A stretch of DNA of 64,000 bases from Bacteroidota bacterium (GTDB taxonomy: Bacteria; Bacteroidota; Bacteroidia; AKYH767-A; OLB10), in assembly GCA_031411335.1 (NCBI GenBank), contig JANOAX010000170.1, positions 2,306 to 66,305 of the forward strand, in the 5' to 3' direction. A program made the position numbers and the translations under genes. Of this stretch, positions 19,000 through 28,604 are shown piece by piece. How positions within the stretch are numbered: position 1 is the first letter of the stretch; the number at the start of each line of letters is the position of its first letter. The notes beneath the pieces were generated by a model. It did not search any database. It was given only the letters and a program-made list of their open reading frames with translations, and was not told the DNA's origin.

Positions 19000-20889
19000 T
19001 TATTCTTTCATCACTTTTAATATTGCTTTTTTATCACCGGATCGTACTTCAATAAAGTACACACCAGCTTCTCCTGGTATGTTGAGTTGCAATAAAGATG
19101 AGTTGTTGAAATTTTTAGTGTGAACTATTTGCCCTAATACATTGCTTACGATTACTGAAACATTATTGTAGTTTGAACCTAAATCAATGCTCATCTCTCC
19201 GTTAGTCGGGTTAGGATAAAACGTTAGTGTATTGCTAAAACTGTTTTCCAAAACACCCACATTGTTTACTGCTTCACAGGTTGAAGTATCAATACAACCA
19301 TTTTGTGTAACAGCAACAGCATAACTTCCATTTATTATTGCTGTGTAACTTTGGTTAGTTGCTCCGCTTATTACAGCAAAACTGTTTCCACAATCCAGCC
19401 ATTGGTAGGTTGCTCCTGTTGCATTGGCGGTAAGCATTGTTGAGTTATGGGTTACACCTACATTCACCGTGTTGATGGTGATGTTAATGGTCAATACACT
19501 ATCGCAACCAGCCTGGTTGAGAATAGTATCCATTACCGTTTGTGAAGAAGTGTAGGTTTCATCGCCACTCGGAACTGTGTAGTTGTCGCAAGCAGTAACG
19601 GAAAAAGAAGAAGTTGTTGGAGAGCAAAAGGAATACACCCTCGTATGGCCGGACCCAATCCCGTTCCCATCATTTAATGGAGCTCCAATTGCAACCGTAT
19701 TGATATCAGGCATGGTCACCGTCCAACCTGACCTGTCATCTGCTGCTTCCCCATCTATATCAATTCCTTTTTGCAACCATGTCCCGCCATTTGCGGGATT
19801 CCAAGCATATATGCGTACATGACCTGCCCAGTGTCCGTTACCATTATTGGTTGACGCAGCAATGGCAACGGTATTGCTGTCTGGCATGCATACCGACCAT
19901 CCTGACACGTCATCGGTTGCTTCCCCGTCAATATTACCTCCTTTTTGCAACCATATCCCTCCATTCGCTGGATTCCAGGTATATATACGCACGCGGCCTG
20001 CATTAAATCCGTTTCCATCATTGTTTGGTGCGCCAATGGCAACGGTATTGCTATCGGGCATACTTACCGAGTGACCTGATATGTCAAATATTGCTTCTCC
20101 ATCAATATCGTTTCCTTTTTGCACCCAAGACCCGCCATTGGCCGGATTCCAACGGTATATGCGCACATGGCCAGCATCATTGAAACTTCCATCATTTGTG
20201 TAGGCTCCAATGGCAATGGTATTGCTGTCAGGCATACTAACCGAGAAGCCTGAAAAGTCATATGCTGCTTCTCCATCAATATCGTTTCCTTTTTGCACCC
20301 AAGACCCGCCATTGGCCGGATTCCAACGGTATATGCGAACATGACCTGCACTGGTTCCATTTCCATCATTGAATACTGTCCCAATAGCAACGGTATTACT
20401 ATCAGGCATGCTTACTGACTGGCCTGACTTGTCATTTACTGCTTCCCCATCAATGTCTGTTCCTTTTTGAACCCATATGCCCCCATTAGCGGGATTCCAT
20501 CGATATATGCGTACATGACCAGAAAAGGCAACGTTTCCACTGTTGGATGGTGCCCCAATGGCAACGGTATTGCTGTCGGGCATGCATACCGAGAAACCTG
20601 ATTCGTCACCAGCCGCTTCCCCATCAATGTCAATTCCTTTGTGCACCCATGTCCCGCCATTAGCGGAATTCCAGCGGTAAATGCGCACATGACCCGCATC
20701 TAATCCGTTTCCATCATTATAATGTGACCCTATGGCAACTGTGTTGATGTCGGGCATACTTACAGACACACCTGAGTAGTCCCATGTTGCTTCCCCATCA
20801 ATGTCAATTCCTTTTTGTAAAAAAATTTGTGCATTGCTTATGTTAACTATTGTGAATGTTGCAAGGAGTAGTGTGATTGTCTTTTTCAT
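19000..20889 (-). CDS. T9SS cargo protein with 8 tandem FG-GAP-like (integrin-alpha-type beta-propeller) repeats
   Basis: Signal peptide MKKTITLLLATFTIVNISNA. Eight ~57-aa repeats read WVQKGxDIDGEAxxDxSGxSVSMPDSNTVAIGAPxNDGNGxxAGHVRIYRWNPANGG (compare FG-GAP FGxSV..D.NGDG..D..VGAP....G.VY.F). The C-terminus is T9SS CTD-like (FYPNPTNGEMSIDLG...GVYFIEVRSGDKKAILKVMKE). The repeats are near-identical at DNA level. Confidence 0.6.
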   Translation of the reverse strand: MKKTITLLLATFTIVNISNAQIFLQKGIDIDGEATWDYSGVSVSMPDINTVAIGSHYNDGNGLDAGHVRIYRWNSANGGTWVHKGIDIDGEAAGDESGFSVCMPDSNTVAIGAPSNSGNVAFSGHVRIYRWNPANGGIWVQKGTDIDGEAVNDKSGQSVSMPDSNTVAIGTVFNDGNGTSAGHVRIYRWNPANGGSWVQKGNDIDGEAAYDFSGFSVSMPDSNTIAIGAYTNDGSFNDAGHVRIYRWNPANGGSWVQKGNDIDGEAIFDISGHSVSMPDSNTVAIGAPNNDGNGFNAGRVRIYTWNPANGGIWLQKGGNIDGEATDDVSGWSVCMPDSNTVAIAASTNNGNGHWAGHVRIYAWNPANGGTWLQKGIDIDGEAADDRSGWTVTMPDINTVAIGAPLNDGNGIGSGHTRVYSFCSPTTSSFSVTACDNYTVPSGDETYTSSQTVMDTILNQAGCDSVLTINITINTVNVGVTHNSTMLTANATGATYQWLDCGNSFAVISGATNQSYTAIINGSYAVAVTQNGCIDTSTCEAVNNVGVLENSFSNTLTFYPNPTNGEMSIDLGSNYNNVSVIVSNVLGQIVHTKNFNNSSLLQLNIPGEAGVYFIEVRSGDKKAILKVMKE

Positions 20890-21029
20890 TGTTGAGCGTT
20901 TTTTAGGAGATGTCATATTCTCATTTGCTGACAGTTTTCAAATATACTAATTGCCAACGCACCAAAGTTAGTGTAGCCTTATTGGTCTTCCGAAAGTAGA
21001 TTCTGCAAAAAAAACTTATTACCCTCGTC

Positions 21030-21190
21030 AATGTGTACGAGAAACTTTAGCATAGCGCAGCCTCAGCGTCCCGATAGCTATCGGGATTGCATAGCGCAGC
21101 CTTTGCGGCTCTGCGACTTTGCGAGAAAAAATAGCGAAGAGAAAACTATCGAAGAGAAAATTTGCGTAGCGTAGCCTAAGCCCTCTTTAC
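21030..21190. repeat. Intergenic repeat module homologous to 18680-18800, containing the 16-bp palindrome
   Basis: cgagaaactttagcatagcgcagcc...gcgtCCCGATAGCTATCGGG(21070-21085)...tagcgcagcctttgcggctctgcgactttgcgagaaaaaatagcgaagagaaaactatcgaagagaaaa. Confidence 0.8.
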
Positions 21191-21481
21191 AAGAAAATTT
21201 CTTTCTTCATTTTTTTCTTCCTTTAAGTATAAAATAATCAAGCAACACTTACTTTTCGAATTGATAATTGGTATTGCTAAGTTAAAGTTCATAAAATGGC
21301 TCGCAAAGTCGCAAAGTCGCAAAGAAATCATAATCTGATTCTAAAGAAAAGCAAATCCGTATTTATCATATTTATCCGCGTCATCAGTGTTCAAATTTCT
21401 GAATCTTTATGGTAAATAATTTAAATAAAATAGTTTAGCACAATTAAAATCGAAATGCAAACAAAGTGATTCAAAAATAAA

Positions 21482-22726
21482 TTAGTGATTAACCACCACT
21501 TTCTGCAGATGAATTTTTCCGTTCTCTTCCGTAAATCTAATCTGATAAATCCCACTCGCCACCGATTGTAAATCAATTCGGTTTCCTTCTCTTTCTAGAC
21601 TGGAAATAAGTCTCCCACGTACATCCCACATTTCAATTTTTTGTAGAGGCTGTATAGATTCAATGAAAAGATAGTTGGAGCATGGATTTGGATAGAGTAG
21701 TAGGCTAGGCGTCGCCGTTAGTGAATGCACTCCCGTCAATAAAGAAGGATCTAAAATAAATAAACCTCCTGTTTGTGTACCAATCCATAATTTTTGATCA
21801 TGCGCCATGCAAAGGGTTTGAATCACATTATCGGTAAGCGATGAATTGGAAGTATCGTATTGCACAAAGTTATTTCCATTCTTGTAAAGAAGTCCATGGG
21901 TGTTGGTTCCCGTCCAGGGTTGGTCAATTGCATCTAACACCACAGAATTAAGACTCGCTGTTGGAATATTAGATGAAACCAAATTATACGTCAACCATCC
22001 AAATCCATTTAGTTTTACGGCTAATCCATTCCCAGGAGTAGCCAAATAAAAATTTTGATTTGCATCCATGTCGATGCCAAGAACGGTATTATCCGGAATA
22101 CCTGAATTCTGAATGGTGAAGGAAGTGAGGTTGGTATCTTTCTCGATGAGCAGCAATCCACCGTTTACGGTTCCTACCCATTTATCATCGGTATTTTGAT
22201 TTACATAAATACAAGCAATGTTGTTCGAACCGAGTACACTATTCCACATGGTATACACATTCCAATTATTAGCAGAATCTATTTTTGCTAAACCACCAAC
22301 CGTACCAATCCATTTGGTGTTGTTTTGATCAATCGCCAAACTTCTTACAAAGTCATCCGGTAATGATGAATTAAAAGTATTGTAGATGGTCCATATCGTA
22401 TCATTAAATACACTGACCCCATTGGCAAAGGTGCCAATCCACTTCACATGATTCGTGTCAATAGCGATACTCCGAATGTCGTTATTTCCAATTCCTGAAT
22501 TGGAAGTATTGAATATGGTCCACACCCCATTGCTGAATTTAGCTAAACCGAAGTCAGTTCCAATCCATGCTGTACTATCATTCTCAAAGGCAATGCAACG
22601 AACCGAGTTGTTGGGCAGTCCAGAATTGCTCATATCAAATTGGGTCCACGCTATCGATTGAGCAGAGGATGTGTTTCCTTGAAAGATGAAAATCAAGAAG
22701 ACGAAATAGAGAAATGGATTTTTCAT
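21482..22726 (-). CDS. T9SS cargo protein with two-component-regulator-propeller (Reg_prop-like) beta-propeller repeats
   Basis: Signal peptide MKNPFLYFVFLIFIFQGNTSSAQ. Repeats of the form W.GT..GL..F....W..(Y/F)N.SNSGLP.N.(I/V)..I..D are the Reg_prop/Y_Y_Y-type propeller motif, present without any kinase domain. C-terminal CTD: LLLYPNPCSNYLFIE...GIYQIRFTEENGKIHLQKVVVNH. Confidence 0.6.
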   Translation of the reverse strand: MKNPFLYFVFLIFIFQGNTSSAQSIAWTQFDMSNSGLPNNSVRCIAFENDSTAWIGTDFGLAKFSNGVWTIFNTSNSGIGNNDIRSIAIDTNHVKWIGTFANGVSVFNDTIWTIYNTFNSSLPDDFVRSLAIDQNNTKWIGTVGGLAKIDSANNWNVYTMWNSVLGSNNIACIYVNQNTDDKWVGTVNGGLLLIEKDTNLTSFTIQNSGIPDNTVLGIDMDANQNFYLATPGNGLAVKLNGFGWLTYNLVSSNIPTASLNSVVLDAIDQPWTGTNTHGLLYKNGNNFVQYDTSNSSLTDNVIQTLCMAHDQKLWIGTQTGGLFILDPSLLTGVHSLTATPSLLLYPNPCSNYLFIESIQPLQKIEMWDVRGRLISSLEREGNRIDLQSVASGIYQIRFTEENGKIHLQKVVVNH

Positions 22727-22804
22727 GGGTTGTGGTCTATGGTACAAAAGTACGAAGCCGTTCCTTTATTCAAAGAACGGCTTCGCATGATTTGTATTAG
22801 TTAG

Positions 22805-25800
22805 TTATTCAATGATTAAACGTTTCGCAATGGATTTACCATCTTGCTTAACACTTACCACATAAACACCTTTTGTGAATTCACGAACATCTAGTTTATA
22901 AGAGTTTATTCCATATTCCACTTTTATTTCTTGTGAGTATACAGATTGTCCTAAAATATTGTCAATTCTTAATACTCCGTCTTTATTCAACAAACTTTGG
23001 AATTGTATTTCTACAAAAGAGGAAGCAGGATTTGGCAATAACGAAACATTAGCTTCTGTGTTTTCATCAGACACTTTTGCACAAGCACTAACAGTAACGG
23101 ATTTTGCTTTGGTAGCTGAAACTCCACATGCATTCGTTGCGGTTACTTTTATGTTACCTGAAGCTGCGTTGGCATTAAAATCTACCAGGATTGCATTTGA
23201 TCCTTGACCCGAAGCAATAGTAGAATTTGTTGGGCTTGTCCAATTGTATGAACTTGTACCATACACCGAAGAAACGCTATAGGCTATTCCCGTTTGACCA
23301 GCACATACACTAGCAGCCCCAGTAATTGTTGAAGGAAAATTAGGTACAGCTTTCACCGTCTTTGTTCTTGCTGTACTTGTACCACATCCATTTGTTGCAC
23401 TCACTGAAATAGTTCCCATGGCAAAGCTCGGAGCAAATTGAACGGAAATTGCATTGCTTCCTTGACCAGAGACGATGGTAGCACCCGATGGAACCGACCA
23501 AACATAAGTAATTCCAGCTACTGAAGTAACACTGTATGATTCTAAACTATTACATACACCAGAAGCATTACCAAGCATTGAAGATGGAGTTGCTGGCAAA
23601 TTTAAACTAAGTGCTTTGTAGCGAATTACACTAGTACCACATGCATTTGATGCAGTAACCTTTAAATTTCCACCAGTAAATCCAGCATTGAATTGTAGTG
23701 AGATAGTATTCGTTCCATTGCCTGAAAGAATAATTGTACCAGCAGGACCAATCCAGTTGTAAGAAGTTGCATCTGCTCCTTGTGCAACACTATATGAAAC
23801 GACAGAACCATTACATGCTTTCGCTGCTCCAGAAACTGTAGCAGGCTTAGCAGGTGCATTCACATTTGAAACTACAGCCTTACATGCTGCAGCACTACTT
23901 CCACAATTATTAGAAGCAGCAACACAAATAGTACCATTTGCAGTACTTGTTGAAACTTCTAAAGTGGTAGTTCCTTGTCCAGAAAGAATGGTTACACCAT
24001 TAGGAACTGACCAAGTATAAGAATTTGCATTGTTTGCCGCGCTTACAGAATAGAATTCACTTGCAGAAGCACAAAGATTCGCTGCTCCAGAAACAGCAGA
24101 AACTGCAGCAGGAATATCATTAACACTTACATTTGAGAGTGCAGATCCTGTGCATCCATTGATATCTGTTCCTACAACAGTGTAGTTAGTAGATGATGCA
24201 GGAGATGCAATTACCGTTGTTCCGGTTGCTTGATTTAAACCTGTACTTGGACTCCATGAATAAGTAAGTGCACCATTTGCAGTTAAGTTCGCACTTTGTC
24301 CTACACAAATACTTGTACCAGCAGTTGCCGTAACGTTTGGTAAATTATTTACCGTTACCGTTACATTACTACTTGCTGAACAACCGTTGCTACTTCCTGT
24401 TATGGTATAAGTAGTCGTTTGTGATGGAGACGCATTTACTAAATTTCCAGAAGTAACATCTAAACCAGTTGCTGGACTCCAACTTAAGTTGGACGCACCC
24501 GTTGCTTGAAGTGCTACGGAGTTCCCCGCGCAAATACTTGCATTTCCTGTATTCGTAATAGTAGGCGGTGTATTTACAACTAATGTAACATAAGAAGTAT
24601 CTACACATCCAGCACTTGTACCAATTACCATGTAAGAGGTCGTTTGTGATGGATTAGCAGTAACATTAGCACCGGTTGTTGCACTTAATCCTGTACTTGG
24701 ACTCCATGAATAGTTGTCGGCACCACTTGCAGAAAGTGTTGCACTTTGTCCATTACAAATTGGAGCAGGAGTATTGGTAGTAACATTTAAATTATTTCCA
24801 ACATTAACGGTAACTGAATTTGAACCACTACATCCACTACCGCTTTCTGTAGCTACTACCGTATATGTAGTAGTTGTAGTAGGAGAAGCGCTTGTGTTTT
24901 GATTTGGATTATTAAATCCTGCAGGACTTGAAGTCCAGTTGTAACTTACGGTAGTTGGAACAACATTGTTCAATGACAAGGTCCATGTATTAAGTGTCCC
25001 TACATCTGTACCCGCTAAGTCACTTACTTTTAAAATCCAAGTTCCATTTACATTTCCTGTTAATGAAGAAAATGCTCCGTCAGGACGATAGGTCCCAGCA
25101 AAAGGAGCAGAACCAGCAGAGATAAGTGTAGCGGCATTCGCAGTAAATAAAGTATTATTGAAATTATCACCGCTTCCACCACGACGATTACTTAAGTTGA
25201 TCGTGTTTTGTGATGGAGAAATTAATTGTACTAATAAATCACCATCATAAGTATGCGTAATATTTAATCGAACGGATACAATCGTGTTTGAATTTAATGT
25301 TGCAGGATTGATGTTGCTTACTGTTATTGGACTCGATATTCCGGTTGCATTGTTGTCAGGAATAGAAAACACAGCACTATTTGTTAAAGCAACCACTTGA
25401 TTGGTGGTTCCGCCTGCAGTTGCAGAGGAAGATAATTGAACCAAATCACCTGCACAAATTGAATTGCTAGAAGAAGAAGCAGTAACAGGAATTTGTGAAA
25501 CGGTAACTACGGTGGTAGCAGATGTTGCAGAACAACTAGCTCCATTTCCAACAGTCACACTGTAGCTTCCTGATTGATTTACGGTGATTGATTGTGTAGT
25601 GGCACCATTCGACCATAAATAATTAGCACCAGAGGTAGCCGTTAAAGAAACACTTCCACCTTGACAAAAAGATGTAGATCCACTCGCAGTTACTGTTGGT
25701 ACAGATCCACCTTGTTGTGTAAGGTTTACCTGAACCGCCATTACATTATTATTTTCGTTACTTTCTAAAAAGACATTGTAAGGATCCAATTGAACCACTA

Positions 25801-26599
25801 ACCAATAAGTACCATTACATAATCCTGGAGGTAAGTTTACCCACATTCCATCTAATGACTGATAGTAAATATCTGTGTAACCAGAAGAAATTCCTTGTAC
25901 CGTTGGAGAACAACCATAACTTCCGCCTCCTAAACCATAGTTCGGGAAGTTTGCATTTAGCATGGTGTTATTTGCACTATCTCTGCAATGTCCGTTATAG
26001 GTTGAACAAGAACCATAATCCATCAAACAAAAAGCAAGCTTTGAACCTGTACCAATTACTGGCCAATTCAACGGATTTGGATCTGCCGTTGCGTTGCGTA
26101 ATGTATAAATTCCCCAATCATCCACATGCATGTGACCATGGCTAGGATGATAAGTCATTGTTCCAGCATAACGATCATACGATGTCATGGTATTGCCGTT
26201 TTTATGATAAACGCGCTGATTTAATATCGTCTTTAACGGTTGACCGTTTGGACAAGTAAAATTACTTGCTACATTATAAAATGTATCTGTACCGCAAATT
26301 GCAGTAGAGGTAGAACGAACTTCTAACGCACCAAATCCAATGTTAGGAGTTGATACCGAAACACGAAGACGACCATCATTACCACTACAAGGAGGATTAC
26401 AAACTTGTGGGTACTCTACGTGCCCACTTGTTCCATAAACACTGAGAGGTGGAGGAGCAACATGAATGTCTGGTAATAAATCGCAATTGGTAGTACCATC
26501 TTTACAAGCGCAAGTGGTTGCATTAGTCGTTGTGCATTGTGAATAACCTAAAAATGGAAACATCATTAAGGTAATCCAAAATAGTAATTGTTTTTTCAT
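22805..26599 (-). CDS. Large T9SS cargo: lysyl-oxidase-like catalytic domain, proprotein-convertase P-domain, ~9 Ig-like repeats and a T9SS C-terminal sorting domain
   Basis: Signal peptide [21 protein letters not shown]. Residues ~40-290 align to the LOX catalytic domain (details in findings). Residues ~415-545 match the P-domain ([15 protein letters not shown]...[19 protein letters not shown]...[25 protein letters not shown]). Ig-like repeats follow the pattern C.G.S..L.A.GA..YSWSP.TGL. C-terminal CTD: [14 protein letters not shown]...[21 protein letters not shown]. Confidence 0.6.
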   Translation of the reverse strand: [1264 protein letters not shown]

Positions 26600-26905
26600 G
26601 TGTTGTTTTTTGATTTGTTTCAGAAAGATTAAATTCTGAAAAGAGAGGAATTTGTGTGTGTTAGAATAAATTTTTTAAAGGTTTTCTGAGGAAGAACATT
26701 TGCATATTTTTCGCCTCCAAATATCCGAAAAACTTAAGGTAGTCCTTCTCACTTATAGGTTAATGAACAATAAAATAGGGTTGATAGACCGCATTTATAG
26801 GTGAATGGAAATGGTTGAATAGAGCTAAAAGAGATATTTAACTTGATTTTTGGGTTAAAAAGGGTTAACGAATTCAATTTAAATTATTGATATTCAGATA
26901 AATAA

Positions 26906-28057
26906 TTAGCGTAAAAGGCGATCAAGTGTTCTATTGAAGTCGAATTTATATTTTTCCCATTCCTCACCCGTAGCAGGACCTGAAAATCCGCTATGAACCT
27001 TTACAATATTCCCTTTTCGATCGACAAATAAGGTTGTCGGATAGGAGAAAAAATTTTGTATAGATGGTAAAACTTTTTGTACATCTCCTTTTTTATTGGT
27101 TCCTGCAATCAATAATGGATAGTGAATATTTAATCGCTTTTGCATTTTCATGACTCCTTTTTTTGCGATATTGAAATCGGATGAACGCTCAAATGCCAAT
27201 CCAAAAATAGTTAAACCTTCCTCTTTTCGAGCAGAATAAACACTGTCTAAAAAAATACTTTCGTCCATGCAGTTGGGGCACCAAGTTCCAAAGAGTTGAA
27301 TTATTTTCACATGATGACGGTACCCCACATCCGTTAGTGAAATCATATTGCTGTCTACATCTGGAAGTGTAAAATTAATTTCTCCAATGGCTTGAGTTAG
27401 GGTGGATGGATCCCTGAGTTGGATAGAATTATTTTTTTTGGCTCGAAAAGGTGCTTTGTAAGAATTCCCGGCGTAGTACATCCCTTGCATTTCTTCGCCT
27501 TGTACTTTTGCTAAATATAAATAAGCATGGGTTCCATCAAATACGCTTAGTTTTAAACTATCTTGATCAACGATTCCCTCTAAAAATCGATGATCGCCTG
27601 ATTCAGTTAAGAAGGTTCCGAATACTTTATTTCCATTTCTTTTAAATTTTCCGATGGCTAATGATGAATCGGCGGTACCTGCATCAAACCATGTTTCCCA
27701 AGATCCTTCTAATAGAATTGGAGAAGAAATGTTGGAGGAAACGGGAAAGCGATGTTCTACATTTTTAGTTGCCGTAAATGGAATACTAGTTGGCACTTTT
27801 CTTCCGTGGTTATACCAATTTCCAGTTAACGATTCATTCCCAACCTTCAATCGAAATTCGGAGTTGTAGAGTGGAAGTTTGATGAAGATGGAATCCCCTT
27901 GCATTGTAATTTCATCACAAATAATTCGTTCATCCGCATTGTGAATAATCATGACCGGTGTTCCATCGTGTTGCTTCAATTCAAATTGAAAAGGTAAGGA
28001 TGCATCAGGAAGTTGGAGGATTCCCAACCAGAATCCAAGGAGTAGGGAGATGGGCAT
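26906..28057 (-). CDS. Secreted TlpA-like thioredoxin-fold thiol:disulfide oxidoreductase with N-terminal extra domain
   Basis: C-terminal thioredoxin fold carries the active site FGTWCPNCMDE (WCxxC), AhpC/TSA/TlpA-like. N-terminal signal peptide. An N-terminal domain of ~240 aa has unknown function. Confidence 0.65.
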   Translation of the reverse strand: MPISLLLGFWLGILQLPDASLPFQFELKQHDGTPVMIIHNADERIICDEITMQGDSIFIKLPLYNSEFRLKVGNESLTGNWYNHGRKVPTSIPFTATKNVEHRFPVSSNISSPILLEGSWETWFDAGTADSSLAIGKFKRNGNKVFGTFLTESGDHRFLEGIVDQDSLKLSVFDGTHAYLYLAKVQGEEMQGMYYAGNSYKAPFRAKKNNSIQLRDPSTLTQAIGEINFTLPDVDSNMISLTDVGYRHHVKIIQLFGTWCPNCMDESIFLDSVYSARKEEGLTIFGLAFERSSDFNIAKKGVMKMQKRLNIHYPLLIAGTNKKGDVQKVLPSIQNFFSYPTTLFVDRKGNIVKVHSGFSGPATGEEWEKYKFDFNRTLDRLLR

Positions 28058-28067
28058 TTCTGTTTTT

Positions 28068-28604
28068 TTATGGAATGAATTTTACGTTGATTTCAAAGCG
28101 TGAAGGATCGGATAAAACCATATGTTGTTCTCCTCGGATGTGATATCCGAGAAGATGATTGTAGATGAGTTTTCTTTTTAACGAAAACCAAGGATTTGTT
28201 TTTTCAAATTCGATTTCAATTTTCTGAATTTGTTCATGTACGTAATCGATTTGCATTCTTCGTACTGGTGCTTTTTCATCTAATGCAACATATACAATTT
28301 GCAGAAGTGAGTCGGTTTGTACCGTGTCGCATTCGTATGCTAAATGCCAAGCTGGCTTATCTATATCACTTTCGAAAAAAGGTTTGAGTTCATGTTCCCA
28401 GTTTGGCGTATCAATATTTTTCGATTCTTTCACTTCGTCTCTAATGACTTCTTTTGCTAAACGCGTTTTTAACTTTTGATGTTGTTTAATTTCTTCATTC
28501 AAAAATGAGGAAATAGAAAAATAAGATGAATGTTGAACAATAGGTTCATCGGCACAACTTATTAAAAGAAAGAAAGAAATAATTAAAAGAAATAATTTTT
28601 TCAT
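28068..28604 (-). CDS. Hypothetical lipoprotein
   Basis: MKKLFLLIISFFLLISCADE is a lipoprotein signal. No recognisable domain. A 4-bp overlap with the upstream gene indicates coupling. Confidence 0.4.
   Translation of the reverse strand: MKKLFLLIISFFLLISCADEPIVQHSSYFSISSFLNEEIKQHQKLKTRLAKEVIRDEVKESKNIDTPNWEHELKPFFESDIDKPAWHLAYECDTVQTDSLLQIVYVALDEKAPVRRMQIDYVHEQIQKIEIEFEKTNPWFSLKRKLIYNHLLGYHIRGEQHMVLSDPSRFEINVKFIP

Noticed and set aside
19583-20699. Six overlapping 75-108-aa ORFs on both strands inside 19000..20889
   Set aside because: They arise from the near-identical 171-bp tandem repeats of the FG-GAP gene in alternative frames. The repeated peptides (e.g. FAGFQAYMRT / FAGFQVYIRT) track the DNA repeat rather than independent genes.
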